NCBI GenBank assembly: GCA_965235115.1
Contig: OZ249436.1
Span: forward strand, 46,378,001-46,442,000
Length of the DNA: 64,000 nucleotides
Direction: 5' to 3'
Origin: Laetmonice hystrix
Taxonomy: Eukaryota
Positions 1 through 14,462 of this stretch are shown here, piece by piece; positions within the stretch are counted from its first letter, which is position 1, and every line of letters starts with the position of its first letter. The translations under genes were made by a program, and so were the position numbers. Under the pieces are notes generated by a model that ran no database searches, was not told the DNA's origin, and saw only the letters and a program-made list of their open reading frames with translations.

Positions 1-1053
1 AGGCCTCGTTTGTAGCAAGCCCAAATGACCGGTGTTACATTTTTCCCAGGCAGATTTCCAAAGTCTAACAGATGTTCTCTGCATGGTGTTCAGACCAAAC
101 ACACATTCCCAACCAGACTACTAGTCGGACTTTTTCCCATCAGGGACAGGTGGTAGCAGTCAGAAGGTTAACGAGGCAACTGCCAGTAGAAACCCTCAGT
201 CATAGCCGCCCTATGCTGTAAGCAATATCTTGATTTTCATTCAGTGCTGTGCATGACGCGTGTATTTCATTAAGATCCAGGCCTGGAATACATCAATTTA
301 CATCCATGGTTTGAGACTCAGCATGACAACAATAGTTGTATGATACGTTGTGTATGATATATGACACGACTGCTGTTCTATAATGGTCAGGGTCAGACAA
401 GGTGAATAGGTCCATGTTATAAAGCCCGCTATAACGAGGTTTGCTGGCGTAGAGTTTAAGAGCGAAGTTCACGGTTGGCAGCTAACCGAGACAAGCAGGA
501 TATAGCACCGTTCATTACCCTATTATCGCTCAAACACTTGGCACAGATGTCCGAATGCGTATTTGCGTTTCGCCTAATAACAAACGATCCGAGCAATTAG
601 CTTGGCAAACATTGTGTATACAAAACAGTTTGGTGGTTCAGAGATCAGGATGTTGATAAAGGTGGGCCAAACACCAATGTTTTCATTAATACAGGTAGGA
701 TAAATATGACATCTATATTTCTAAAGACAATGTAGGCTATTTAGTCACAGGCTTCTAAGGTGTCGACCATGGTCGTAAAATCTCACCCTGTAATAAGTAC
801 AGGAGAAACTCATTGTTTAACTGAAATATGTGGGAACTCCCACAAAGTTTATTGATGTTCGGTGTGCCCAGTTTTTGAGATTGAAGAGAGAAGAAGGCCA
901 CATTGTATCATGGTAATTCCAAGATAATAAAAGTACTAATAGATATGATTTTGTTTTGCCCTCCCAAGTTCACGTCTCTAATCGTCCTTGTTACATAACC
1001 CCTTGACGAGAGCGAACACTTTGTGCTAACATTGTGTGTCATTGATTTTGTAG

Positions 1054-1626
1054 GTGACCTCTGAGTGCTGACGGTCAGAATGGGTAGCTGAACCCTGACG
1101 GAGAGTAACTCGTGCCCAGTTGATCTCTGACATCCCACAGTCAGTTCTCGTGACGGACTCAAGGATATCCCCATGAATTGTTCAGACGAGAAGTAGTGTT
1201 CAACTTGAGAACGGCGCGGGACACAGAGAGGAGTGAGTGACCGGTGGCCCGCCAACCTACACGACGTATCCATCCGGCTGATAGACTCTACGGCTGGCTG
1301 GCTGGTAGACAGACAGCCTTGACTCCAGGATAAGAGCTCCATCACTCAATCAGTCCTGCCACTGATGCTGGACTCGATTACTGGTCCCAAGCTTCCGGTG
1401 GCCAAACTGATCTCATAACCAGCATACAGACGCAGATTTGTGACGTCATCAATTGGATATAATGCCGGGATTAACGGATTAAAGGCCGACTGTGTAGCAG
1501 TGTGTGTGCTACCAGTCGGCTGGCAGCGTGTGTGATCACGTTAGCAGTGTGTGTTTAAGTGGAGATCCAAGTGGAGTACGTGATTGTTGACTACGAAGGA
1601 GAGCATTGTATAAGACATAACTAACC
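1054..1626 (+). promoter_or_regulatory. Putative 5' UTR part of the ATG-containing exon, with four short uORFs
   Basis: Branch-point-like GCTAAC (1025-1030) and TTTTGTAG| acceptor ending at 1053. uORFs at 1080-1091, 1173-1196, 1365-1418 and 1462-1482. The exon start is inferred. Confidence 0.45.
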
Positions 1627-1732
1627 ATGGAGTGGCAGTACATACTACGGAAGGCACTTTATGTGACCTTGACATTCTTGCTACAGGTTGACCTTGGCCT
1701 AGTAGCTGACCCGCCGACCTTCAGACCTACCG
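1627..1732 (+). CDS. Sema2a: First coding exon of a semaphorin-like gene: signal-peptide-like N-terminus MEWQYILRKALYVTLTFLLQVDLGLVADPPTFRPT
   Basis: ATG at 1627 is in a strong Kozak context (ACCATGG) with an in-frame upstream TAA at 1618. The peptide has basic residues followed by a hydrophobic stretch. The exon ends at a consensus donor G|GTAAGT (1733), phase 1, which joins in frame to the Sema-motif exon at 36793. Linking this exon to the downstream ones is an inference from phase and expected protein architecture. Confidence 0.75.
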
Positions 1733-2958
1733 GTAAGTCTTGTAAATTATAATAATTATAATTCACTCTGTCTGGTGGTAGTAATTGTTTAATAATGTTA
1801 TTGTCAATATATCGAGAAGTATGTGTTATAAATATTGAAAGGAATTAGTAGACTAACTATGGATGCACCTGGTTTATAACATTTGGATGAAATGCCATGT
1901 TATATCGACATGAAATCCAAGAGATCCTGTAGTTTTAATTCATTTATTATACATTAACATCGACGTTTGCTTTACCATGTTGGTGACACAGAGTTAGAGA
2001 CATTCAGTCTAGATCTGGTATTCTACGGCCTAATTTACAAAATGGTGAGCCTGCTGCAGCACGCCAGTGACAGTTGGCCTCACATGTTCGGCATTGAACA
2101 CATCAAAGCAACCATTAATTTCTGTCGAGCCGTCGCCACATCATTGTGACAGGCCTAAATAATTCATAGCCAATGAAGACATGTGTTGCACAATGTATAA
2201 CATGTTTAGTACTGATTCACTGACCCTGCACAGACCGAGGAGGTTGCTAAAAGTCATTCAACCTTGCTCTGACTAAACCACCATAACAGTTTCGTATTCT
2301 GCACCTGATTGTTTGCAATATGTCATATGAATGGCTAATGAAATTCAGGTCGGAGCGATGACAATGAAAGGGACTCTCTAATGTTCCCCACCTCATTCCA
2401 GTCATTACGATTATATCTGATGGTACTCATTTTGCACAATCCCTTTTAGAGTAATGATACGGGAAGAATGGAGACGTATGATTGCTGAACATTGTATATT
2501 AACAGTGTGCTGACAGTGGTTTGAGGGGGGGGGATGTCATGTTTCGTTCTCTGGCACGGAACACGATGATTGGCTCAGCCTCGTTATGGCGAGAGGACCT
2601 CACGTGATCAGACCTGTAATGTTTTTAAACTGATTCCAAGATAACGCATGTAATAGAATTCCGGGAATTGATGTTCAGTGTTGGCCTGTGCGACGCCAAT
2701 AAGTTTGACCATATAACGAGTAGCTCAGAATTGCTCCTAACGAGTCCATACAGCAGTTAATGTTAATTTGTTCTGCTTGATATTGATATGAATTAATTAT
2801 AGCAGTGTTCAACAGAGAAGAGAATATGTTGGTCTATAGAGACGGCACAGAATATGAATCTTTGATCCGTTACACAATACAATGGGAAGTCAGTTGTTGT
2901 GAATGGTAAGTCAACTGGCGCCAGCTACATATTTATGAGTGTTAAAAGCTGCTCTGCT

Positions 2959-3377
2959 GCATGGATACATTCCCCACTTCATGGGAGGTCTAGGAGGGCA
3001 TCCACTTCAGGCAGCATGGATACATTCCCCACGTCATGGGAGGTCTTGAAGGGCATCCACTTCAGGCAGCATGGATAGATACCCACTTCATGGGAGGTCT
3101 TGAAGGGCATCCACTTCAGGCAGCATGGATAGATTCCCCACTTCATGGGAGGTCTTGAAGGGCATCCACTTCATACAGCATGGATAGATTCCCCACGTCA
3201 TGGGAGGTCTTGAAGGGCATCCACTTCAGGCAGCATGGATAGATTCCCCACGTCATGGGAGGTCTTGAAGGGCATCCACTTCAGGCAGCATGGATAGATT
3301 CCCCACGTCATGGGAGGTCTAGGAGGGCATCCACTTCAGGCAGCATGGATAGATCCCCATGGGATGTCTTGGAGGGC
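2959..3377. repeat. Minisatellite, 55-bp unit, about 7.5 copies
   Basis: Unit GCATGGATAGATTCCCCACGTCATGGGAGGTCTTGAAGGGCATCCACTTCAGGCA seen directly. Confidence 0.97.
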
Positions 3378-5651
3378 TCTAGGCAGCTCAGGTGGATTCC
3401 CGTCATATGTGAAACGGTTTCCTCAGAGTTTTGTTTATAACTATCCATCCTTTATGAAATTAACAACTGGCACTATTTCTTTATCCCAGTGCAGTCTGAC
3501 TGCCAACTGATGGTAAGAGTCAGTCTTGGGGCAACACCTAGAAGGAATGTGGCATAAAAAACATTTTCAGTGCGAGTTGACGATGGACTCCTGAATCTCT
3601 CCAGCGAGGCCATGTCCATACATATCCTTTGTATTCATCAGTTATAAATACATGCATGCGTATGACTGCAAAGACAGCATCCAGTTTTTTATTGGCACAG
3701 AGTCAGCCTTCATATTTTCCCTCTGAATAGAAATGAAGGAAAAACGAAAGCTTAGCGAACTGTCTGGCCTTCCTACCCGGGTGACCGACTCCCAGATAGA
3801 TTGCGCACCTCGTGTCCATGTTGTTGAGTACGCTGTAGTATACATGTATATCTTAACGTCGAGCGGTATAGGTATTCTTCACAAACCTGTTTGTCAGCCG
3901 GTCCATACAATGTTGATTCACTGGCTTGCTGACCCACTTCACATGTTCACAGAACAATCTGTAGAATAAGAATAAGGACATCTGAAAAAATATTCTGTGT
4001 GTCAAAGTAGGAAGGTGCATCCTTGAGTCCATGACTTCCGTAACTCTATACACAGACGGAGGTGAATACTGATTAAGTGGCCATAGAAGAAACACGAAAT
4101 GAAAAGGCCGTCCCCGTCTGAATCGGATTATAGAAAGTCAGGAATGGTTTTTCAAGTCTTCCTCATTACATGTTGTAAGGCTGGTATTCCAGCCGGTTTT
4201 AATGCCATTGATGCAGTACTATCTCAGTCATCTGTTCTGTTGAAGGGGTGGGTGGGTGAGATGTCCCTTCACGCTCTTTAAAGTACTAAGTATGCATCTT
4301 GCGTTCTCGTCAGGCCTGTACCACTGCATGTGGCAGTGTTGCGTAGCAAATAGCAAACAGATAGGCGATCTGAAGTTGGCAGCAAACAGGTTTCTTTGTC
4401 TCTATACCTGTTTCTGCTGAAGTCGATCCGAAGGCCAAAATCCTTTTAGACCGCTCTTATATGAGTATTGCAGGGACCCTGTGTCATAGTCATGATAGGG
4501 GCTTCATACGGTACGCCCCAGGGTCAGAATGCGATGACTGGTACGGTGAGTTCCTTCTGTAAGAGGAACCTTTTAATTCCTGAATGCAGTCTATGGGGGA
4601 TACGTCTGTTTGTGTTATGTCCCCCTGTATTACATGTCATGCTGAATGTATCAAAACATTCAGTGCGTTGCGTGCCACACTGCTGCACCTGAAGCATAAT
4701 CAGCCTCAAACCGTTCTCTGGTTGCCAAAGATGTTGTCAGACAGGTATATTAGAGTATTAAAGGAAGGCATTCCCGGTCTCTGGCAGGCTGGTGGGCAGG
4801 GTGACTGGCAGGCGGGCCACCCGGACCCCGCCCGGAACCCGCCCGATCACCGCCAGGCTTGGCACCGGACCCCGGTCAGGCACAGCCACTCCTCAAAATC
4901 CTTGTATACGTCCATATTACAGCCTTTTGATGGGGCCACCGTAGGAACAGACAGCCCTGGCGGAGAACAGTGAGGCAGCGTCACGAATTGCCGTACACTG
5001 CAGCTCCCATGCAGAATCAGAACCAGAGCGGCGCATCCTTGCAGGATTCAGAGTTCGGGGGGGGGGGGGATCTACGAGGCAAATTTGACAAGACAAGGAG
5101 GCCAGCAGAGCACACTGAGAATAAAAGGGTGCTCAAACAAGAATCAAGATATTATTAGAAACACTGATGGGATAAAAGAACAATAATGTTTAGGTCGTAA
5201 TGTTAAAAGGTGGGATGCAGAGCCCTCCATGGATCCACCCATGTCCAGTATTGTCGGAAGACGATGCGTTACTGTGTTCTTCCTCCATCGCTATAATATG
5301 TAACCATAGTTACTAGGCGATGTCTGCATGCTTCTTCCTCCATCCCAATAAGTAACCATAGTGATGCCTACATGTGTGGCCATGATGTGGGAATCCTAGC
5401 ACTTCGCTATCAACCAGCCATAATCTGACCTGGCTCTAAATAAGCATGTACGGGCCACATAGACTTGTTGTTGTAGTATTTGGTCGCTATAGGAGCCGAT
5501 AACGGACCCAGGCCTTGCCCACGGTACATTTACAGCAGGTTCTTGGCCATAGATACCCTGCCCCAGAGGACCCTTAGAGCCGGGAGGTTGGTAATGACAG
5601 TCGGTTCCTCTAGGTTTCTTCATGGCAGCTCATTTGATGACGTTCTGTATG

Positions 5652-5878
5652 GCAATAGCAGGCAGCACTAAAGTCAGCAATAGCAGGCAGCACTAAAGTC
5701 AGCAATAGCAGGCAGCACTAAAGTCAGCAATAGCAGGCGGCACTAAAGTCAGCAATAGCGGGCAGCACTAAAGTCAGCAATAGCGGGCAGCAGTAAAGTC
5801 TGCAATAGCAGGCAGCACTAAAGTCTGCAATAGCAGGCAGCACTAAAGTCAGCAATAGCAGCTAGCAGCACTAAAGTC
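5652..5878. repeat. Minisatellite, 25-bp unit, about 9 copies
   Basis: Unit GCAATAGCAGGCAGCACTAAAGTCA. Confidence 0.97.
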
Positions 5879-8800
5879 CTTTTTCTCCGTTTTGAAGATT
5901 AGATGATGTGTTGACAAAGAGCTTGACTTTGTTTTGCGGAGACGCCTGTCTTACATGTCTTGGCTTGTAGGAGAATGATTTCCCCCTTTTAAGGACACAC
6001 CGGGCCGTGGACAGCTCAGGAAGTCTCTCGAGTGAACGTTCTTGTAGCAGGTGATTTCTGTTTGAGTGGTCTGAAAAAATCTAAATGTCATGCGAGCAGG
6101 CCATTCGGCACAGACGGCTGGCGCTGCCACAACCAGAACGGTTACGGTGGAACAGGTGAGGAACATTTTGTGTTCCGCGCAAGGAAAGGAAGACGCCTGA
6201 TCCAGACGCCGAGTCGGGGAGCGGCGGGGGGGGGGGGGGTAGTACGTACACCCTCCGAGAGGGGGCGTAGCGGTCGTACTCCCGATGAACGGCAGGAGGA
6301 ACGTTATAGATGTCAGTTTGGTGAAGAATGGGGGAAAGCGAAGAGCCAGGAGACGAGGGTGGTGTGGAGAAATGGTGGGTAGATGGAGTAGATAGAATGC
6401 CATGGGATAGAATGCCATGAGAGGCCGCCTGGAGCAGTCACACATGGCATATACATTCCAGGATACCTTCCGCCATGAGTATCCTATGGCACAAGGTTGG
6501 GGGTTTATATGTGGTCCAGGGGTGGGGTGGGGTGGGGTGGGGGGGCCGCACCTGGAGGCTGGCCGCCTAGCACAGCCTACAGGGGGCCATCGGGGTTTAA
6601 TTGGACAATTAATCAGTCAATTAGCTGTCCAAACCCCGCCTACCAGCCCCAGCTGGGCCTCTCGTACATATGGCCGTGGTCTGGCCACACACCAAGCATC
6701 AGCGCTTACGGCTTGTCCAAGGACATTAGTGTCAGTATCCCCCGTTATATAGAATCCTTCAACACTCCAGTATAAAGGCCAGCCTCTGTCAGTTAAACCC
6801 TGAACAGCTCCGGATAACTCAACACTCAATTACAGCATCCCAGAGGCTTTTTTTCTCCTTAGTTCTTCTTTAAGAAAATTCATTAGTTCCACATGGTAGG
6901 TCACTTTGAATATTTGCAGGTTATATATTTGGCAACTACTACATTTAGCAAGAGACGGCCTCTGTTGTATATGTCCTTTACGCTGTAAATGCTACTACAC
7001 TTTCTTGGCACCTGCTTGCCTCAAGTATAATTTATTGAGACCCTCAAGAGAACGCATAGCTCATAATTCTTTCAAACGTTTAACATGCTAATTTATATTG
7101 ACCTATGGTTATATTATACTGTGTATAATTAATTATCTGTATCCAGAGAGAGAAGACTTCCCGGGGGCCGTCGCATAAACTCCCATTTGCTAAAATTCCA
7201 CTATACATTTCAGGCTGGTATAGTCGAATCCCTAGAGTGCTGTATTGTGGTTAGAGCTGCAAGATATAGGAGTTTCGGAGCTCGCCTATATTTGCAGGTT
7301 ATATGCCCGGATGTAGAGACGTTGAGAACATGCTTACATGAATAACCCCCGTTTTCTCATGGTTGTTACCACCCTCTATAGGTACCCCAGCCTGGGGGGT
7401 AGCAAACAATGACTTCTTGATGAGTTGAAGTCAGTACCCTCTAGGTAGAGGTCACAAATATAACCGACCCATACAGAGGGTGAGGGTGGGGGGTCGCGCA
7501 GGTCACGCCAGCACAGAGACAAGACGGATGGCGCAGACCTTGCGGGCACGGTCCGGCCCACTCCCAGGAATATATCTGTCTGCCGAGGACTGTGAACGAA
7601 TTGTGCCAGTCCGTAACTTGACCTCTCGTCGGGTCAAAATGACGCTCTTTCAAACCACGACTCTGGTTTTTTTTGGACAAAAGCGACAGTAGTGACATCA
7701 CGGTGTGATATATATATATATCACCTCAACAAAACTACCCCAAAGTATCATATGTGAAAAGAACAATTTTATAAAAGCGTCATTTATCATGTAATTGAGG
7801 TTCATTCATGCGTAACAATAGGTATGGCCCTGTCCGTTTCACACATTGTACCTATGACCATAGAGGTCATATCCTGCAATTAACACTTTTATCTGAGGGG
7901 TATACATCACCAGATACCAACCGGTTTTAAGACGTTTTCATCACCATCAGAAATACCGACTGTCTCAGAATTTACTTTCCCTTCTAGAAGGTGGGACTGC
8001 TCCTTGCAAGGTGAAGTTTCCCACGGAGTATGATGATATAGATGTCATGGATGACACCTTCACTGAGGCTGTAATTAAACGTGAAACTACATATTAATAG
8101 GGCTAGCGGTCCTCCCCGGTGTGTACAGTTTGTTTACGTTCTAGTTTCACGCTCACTCGGGCATCATTACGTGAAAACGGTCGTTAATTACGTACACGCA
8201 CAGCTGAGTTGTGGTTAGGGGAGAAGTTTTAAAACTGGATATAATTTGGATATAATAACACAAGGTGCAGTTGACACAGATGGTGAGAATGATGCCACTA
8301 TCATTTTTGCGAGGCCGGGAGTAGGATACATGTATAGGGTTTGGTTTAGGGCTAGAAACTGATAAATTTGTAGTTTTTATCACTAAATTTTACGGAGCCT
8401 TAATCATGTTGCTCTACCGTAGGATGAGAAAATTAGTTTTGTTCCACTCTGGATTCCATCCAGATGCTGCCCAAATATTGGACTGTGTTGATCCTGGTCG
8501 CGAAACGTGCCTTTCAGTGTACCGCTTAATGAGCGCCCCGATGAATGAGAAAATCAAGGAGTGTAACTTTAGGCTCAGGTAATTATTTAAAAACCCAACC
8601 ATTTAATTAAGACCTCTTCATTGTGCAATTGATTTTTTAACCAAATAATGTTATCCTAATGGGTGGTTTTCATAGCGCATGCGTCCCAATCCAATTTTGA
8701 GCATGGACAGATGGTTCTGATATTTGAATTCACTAATGAGTCGGTGTGCAGTCAGTAAGCTAATCTGACCGATTTTAGAATTTCCAGATCCAGTCTTGGT

Positions 8801-10350
8801 ACACCGTATTGATTGTATGAGGGAATGGGGTAATACTGATATGAATGGGTAATTATTAATCATGGAAACTCCCATACTTAATTAGAATTTTAAATACAAA
8901 CACAAAATTAAATATTTCCTTTCATGTAATATTGATGAAAGCGGTGCGATTCATGACCCATATTATACTTGGTCTGACTGACTCGGTCATTAGAATATCG
9001 ATATGATCATGGACTTCTACGCCACACAAAACCCATTAGAAATTTTAGATTTCAATACACTATATGATGCTTTGATAATGGGGTTACTTAAACAGTACAT
9101 CAAACACGATAATGCATGGGTAATCTGGGAAAGCTGGCAGGACCATGAAAACCAGTTGAAGCTTACCAGTGAAAATAAATGGGGAAAAAACGAAGTGTGA
9201 CATTAAGAAGTAAGTTAATAAGTAGTTTATCTTCCCCCAAGGCTGTTGCTAGGGGTGTTAGCTTCAGTGTATAGAGCATGGCGTCTGCGCGTCACTATAG
9301 GGGAATATTTTATAGGTCATCTCTCCAGGAATGTCCCAGACAAATCGGTGTACACATTATCCGTGTGCTGCCTCCCGCCAAGCCTGGAAGCAGACGTTCC
9401 GGCAGACGATATAACGTTCCGTCAGATGATATGACGTTTCGTCAGACGCGGACCGAGGTCACGTGTAGAGTTGAGACCACCGAGCCGACCTTTGCAAACC
9501 GCAATGACCGATGGCGGCGCTCCGAACATCCGGGGTCAGAAACAATGGTGGAGGAATTGAAACTGAGCATCAACTGGAAACAATAAAACTCTAGGTCTGA
9601 TCTGAGGAGATCATATACCGCCAGAGGGCGGCGCAATGTACATTTTGTAGGACCTACATGTATGTCAAAAACGTTACATAATCTACAAGTTTGGCATCAG
9701 GCGGCCATTGCTGTTCACCGATTGCTTCGTAAACGTATTGTCATTGGACTTGCCGACCTGCTGTTTCTTTTGATTCATGGAGTCATGAAGGGAGCCTTCC
9801 CCTCAAACAAGACTTTGGTAGGGAATAGAATAACAGGGGTTTGCAGCACATTTCCCCATTTCCAGGTTAACGAATTTACAGCTGATTCCAGCTACAGTGG
9901 TAGTCTAGAATGTAAGCAGAAGGCTTCCGTGAGTATACTGATAAAGTATTTAAAATATATAATTTCTTTGGTTTTATTTTTAATGGTTAAGTATGTTGTA
10001 TCATTAGCCTGCCAGCCTTGCATAATTTACAGATATAGCTATCAGTGAAGGGGGCATTCCAAGGCCGTTATTCCGGTACCTATGGTTAAAAGCCATATGG
10101 ATGCTATACTGCAGGCGTTGGCCCTCAGGGGAGCGTTTGTTCCGGTGTATTTTATTTCTCAGTAGAAGTCTAGGTTTGCTCCACTTAAAGCAGGGAGCGT
10201 ATCCTGATTCCATTCACGACCTTGCGCAGCCACAGCCAATTTGGCACAGGCAACCTTTGATTGGATTAGACCGGATTCATAGCGTTCACTTGAGTTTAAG
10301 TCATGCCACCTTTTAGAGCCCTCCAGCTCCGACGTACCTACTTTTAGCAG

Positions 10351-10690
10351 GGGAGGGTGCGGTGGCTCAGTGGTCTAAGGTCCGGCTCCTGACTACAAGA
10401 ACTCTCGGCTTGGTGTTTACCAATTACCTGCCATAGGTTTTCCCTGGATGCGTAAAACCCAACCTCAATCCAATCTAAAGTCTCTACCATGGAGTAGAAA
10501 AGACCTCATGATCAAAGAGTCTGAAACCAAGTACATGTATACGAGGAATTGTGATAAACGTTCTAGCATTTCTTTGTCCTTGGATAAACTCACGCTCTAT
10601 GCCGAGTCGAAAACGGAAAATAACATCTAAAGACACACATCTCTTTGACCTGAAATATATTGACGTGGTGGGTCTCATAAAAACCAGTCG
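10351..10690 (+). mobile_element. Possible degenerate tRNA-derived SINE
   Basis: Head GGTGCGGTGGCTCAGTGGTCTAAGG contains a Pol III A-box (TGGCTCAGTGG). There is no intact B-box. A tail-like GACCTGAAATATATTGACGTGG lies near 10647. The extent is uncertain. Confidence 0.35.
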
Positions 10691-12744
10691 GTAATATAGA
10701 GGATGCCTGGCATTGATGATACCTATTGGCTTAGTGTAGTAGGAACAGCTTGTAGGTCTCGCTCGGTCAGCAGTATAAGACCACAGGTGTGCAGGCGTCT
10801 AAAGGTGGCGTATCGCCAACGTCTATTATGCCACAAAGTGGTGAGACTTCCACAGCTGTTTCCGAGTCAATATCAGCTCCACACGATAGACAAGACTGTA
10901 TGCAGGAAATATGTCAGCATATAGAATCCTCATAAAACGAACAGCCAATAGGTTAACCCTGAGTTGTGGGGTTAGTGGGATTACTTGATGTGCCAGGGGT
11001 GCCATCTTTATGTGCTCTATAGCATGTTATCTGTTGCTGTCAGTCAGGCCCTGTTGCGAACTGACATCTGACAATTTGTGTGTTCGATAGAGCCCGCCAC
11101 GATATGCAGTCCTGGCGTGAACACTTTGATGCCACTGTTTTTGTTTCTTGGCAACATTTTGTGGGGTTGTCTCTAATCTTGCCGAAATTGTTCTGTTAAA
11201 AGAATCTTACACGAACGTCAATTCAAAAGCTCCTTGACCGCCGCTTTTAATGAAGGCGTCACTGACGTGTTTGATAAGACAAGTAATATGGAAACATAAT
11301 AGAAGAAGCTTTGTGTGAATTCCTGCCATTTCTCCTGGCGTTTTTTAACTTGGGCAGTGGGTGGAGGTGGCCTGCATGGCGGGGGGCCTTTTCCACAACG
11401 TCCTCATTCCGACCTTTCTGAGAATCTCCGCACCACCGCCACACATTCAGGGTCACAATAAAACGGCCGCTGATCGGAGACTGGCTCGGTCGCGAATCAC
11501 TGACAGCATCAAGTACGCCGGACAGATTCCGTGAGCAAACTCTCTGTCCTCCACCTCACGACATGCAGGGGGTTTCTGTTCTAAGTTCTTCTCAACCGTC
11601 TCAACCCATGAGAATGGAGGATTAAAAATTAATTATCTTGATTATTCCTAAGCATATTTATTTAAATTCAGCCAGGGTTAAAGTAGATGAGGTTGTCGTG
11701 AATTTTGGCCATTCATCTGACTCGTCCTCCGTGAGAACCTGTGGCAGGAAGACATCGATTCTGTGCCACAGTATAATAGACGGAAGCCTTTCACATTGAT
11801 TGCAATTTAATAAATGGGCAAATAACATGACAGAATTTCAAGTCTCTAAATGTAAATAAATTCCACCATTTCTGCGGAACCAAAGGTGTTATTCTCTGAC
11901 CATTATAACGTCATAACTGTGTAATGAGCGAGGGCCCCACCTGTCCGCAGGTAAACGGTTGGCTGTGGTCAACCCAGGGTTGGGTAATTACACAGCTCAG
12001 GTATTCAGTGGTCCTGATGACCCGTAACGTGAGGTTTCCGACATAACAACGCCTTTCAATCGGGCATGTCGTCGCTATGATTGTAGCGTCATGTAATCTG
12101 ATACTAACATAATTAGACGGTACAATTTTTACGTGCCTTGATGGCCTCAGCAGAGTACGGTGGCCCACAAGGGGCAGCCTCTGTGGAGTTGATTCTTCAT
12201 TTTTTAACACGACAGTGGCGGCCCCTATGTGAGGTTCGCGCTCCACAGTGTTTGCGCAAGTCAAGTGCACTCTGCCGGTTGGAGCGGAGTTATTCCTGTG
12301 TTGTTTACATTAATATTCCACTGAATGGGTGGGCAAACATGCCCTCTATCACACTGGCATTGTTTAAAACAAGAGTAATGAAGTGTCGTGGAGAGTGTCT
12401 GAAGTATTGCAACTTGTCAACGACCACCGGAATGGTTTCCCAGAAGTGGCCATGAACGGTTACTCAGAAACATGATTGTCTACTGTGAACTCAGAGACGG
12501 GCATGGTATCCTACATGTATGCACTAATCGTGTACTTATCAATTATAGTGAAAACAACCCGACCTTTAACCCTGTCATAATGTTCGTTTTTACACGTCAC
12601 ATAGGGCCTACCCTTTGCATCCCTGGTGGAACGGGTATGGTTAATTCAGCAAGTTAAATCTTGTTTGGTTTTGAAAATTAAAAAATAAATGCGGAGAAAG
12701 AAAAAAACATTACCTCCGGCCCTGTACATGTATCTCGAACGAGA

Positions 12745-12982
12745 TAACTTTCCATTGAGAGGGTATGGTTTAACTTTCCATTGAGAGGGTATGGTTTAAC
12801 TTTCCATTGAGAGGGTATGGTTTAACTTTCCATTGAGAGGGTATGGTTTAACTTTCCATTGAGAGGGTATGGTTTAACTTTCCATTGAGAGGGTATGGTT
12901 TAACTTTCCATTAAGAGGGTATGGTTTAACTTTCCATTGAGAGGGTATGGTTTAACTTTCCATTGAGAGGGTATGGTTTAAC
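12745..12982. repeat. Minisatellite, 26-bp unit, about 9 near-identical copies
   Basis: Unit TAACTTTCCATTGAGAGGGTATGGTT. Confidence 0.98.
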
Positions 12983-14462
12983 ATCTCTTTTCACCCAGAA
13001 TTGGTGGCTAAACCTTGGAGGTTATTTCAGCTGGATTTAACTATAACTGCTGCCCTAACTAATTAAAGGGCCATGGACTGACGTGTAAGAAACAGGACCT
13101 GCTGGATTTAGTATATCAAGGGTGGTCCCACTCCAGCGGAAACGATTCCTTCTGATAAATCCTATTTAAACCATATTTAACCCAGTGAAGAGTTAAGTGG
13201 GATGACAATATCTGTAAACATCTGTTGAAGAGAATGGGTTATGAATTGCCGCTGTTAGCCACGTGTGATCCAGAGGTGCCGTCTGTTTTTACCCCACTGT
13301 TCCACATCAGAAAGCACGACAAGAGAAATCCACGTGGCTTTCCTAATTTGCTCGGGGTTGGACCCCCCAGCCATCATTCCAACACGTGGCTGGGGTCTGC
13401 AGCTAAGTCTCTGTAGTTCGGCGCCTGAAATGTCTAATCTTCAATACCCTTCTGGTGCGGATTAAAAGAAAAACTTTGTTTCCGTGCTGTCTGGAATGCA
13501 TCCTGAAAGTCTGGTACGCCATGTGTTAAACAGTACTAGTGGCCTATAGAGGGCGCTGTAGGTGGTACCAATGTCTCAGTAACTGTAGGCCCCTGTGATG
13601 TTTTAGAAATTAAGTTAGAAATTTTATCACGTATGCATTGAAGACCATGAAAACAGGGCGAAAAGAAATTGTCTTTTAGTTATCGGGGTTATAGGCCTGC
13701 CATGTCGCCGGTGTGGGTTATAGGCCTGCCATGTCGCCGGTGTGAGAGTTTGCGTGGGTGGGATTGGGGGAAGTCGAGAACCACGTGGTCTTGGTTGTCC
13801 TCATGTAGAGGCCATCAAAACCAGCAACACCTTCACTGAATCCATATGTCAGCGCCACCTGGCGAGAATTCTAGACCATCCTTGCCCACTCCAGACCTAC
13901 AAGCTTGAGTTTATAGTCCTCGTGTCGGAACCGATCCCTCTACCGTCCATACTGGGTACTACTACCTCGTTGCACCTCAAGTGGTCCTTCCGCCTGCTCC
14001 ATTGTACACCATGGCGTAAATTCCGATTTATAGAAACCCGCTAAATATGATATATTCTGTGATTGTAGGTCTATATCACAGAACAGGTATCGACTGGCTC
14101 TGTGAGGACGCGTGTGTACATATATCTGCCTATAAAAAAACAGGCTTCCCGGCCCACGAACGTGCTAAAGTCGATGAGACGCGCCTTCAAAACTTATATA
14201 ATATCACCATCACGCCAAGTCATCATAGCACTGGATAGAGTACTGACTTCAACCATGATTGGATCTAATGAAAGCTATGCTATATACCATCATGTGGCGA
14301 GACCGTGTCCCGGACTGATCTGTGTATCAGTGGCTGCTCAATATTCATGACGAGAAATGATTTGTAACCGTATCGGGTTCAGGGATTTTACGTACGCCGA
14401 GTTTAAAACTGGTGTCACGCAACTCAACCTTAACTTACATAGTATACCTTACATGACTTCGA

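Noticed and set aside
908..1345. 145-aa minus-strand ORF
   Set aside because: No recognisable motif; it is antisense to the putative 5' UTR.
10351..10430. tRNA gene
   Set aside because: Only an A-box-like segment is present; no B-box/T-arm or cloverleaf.
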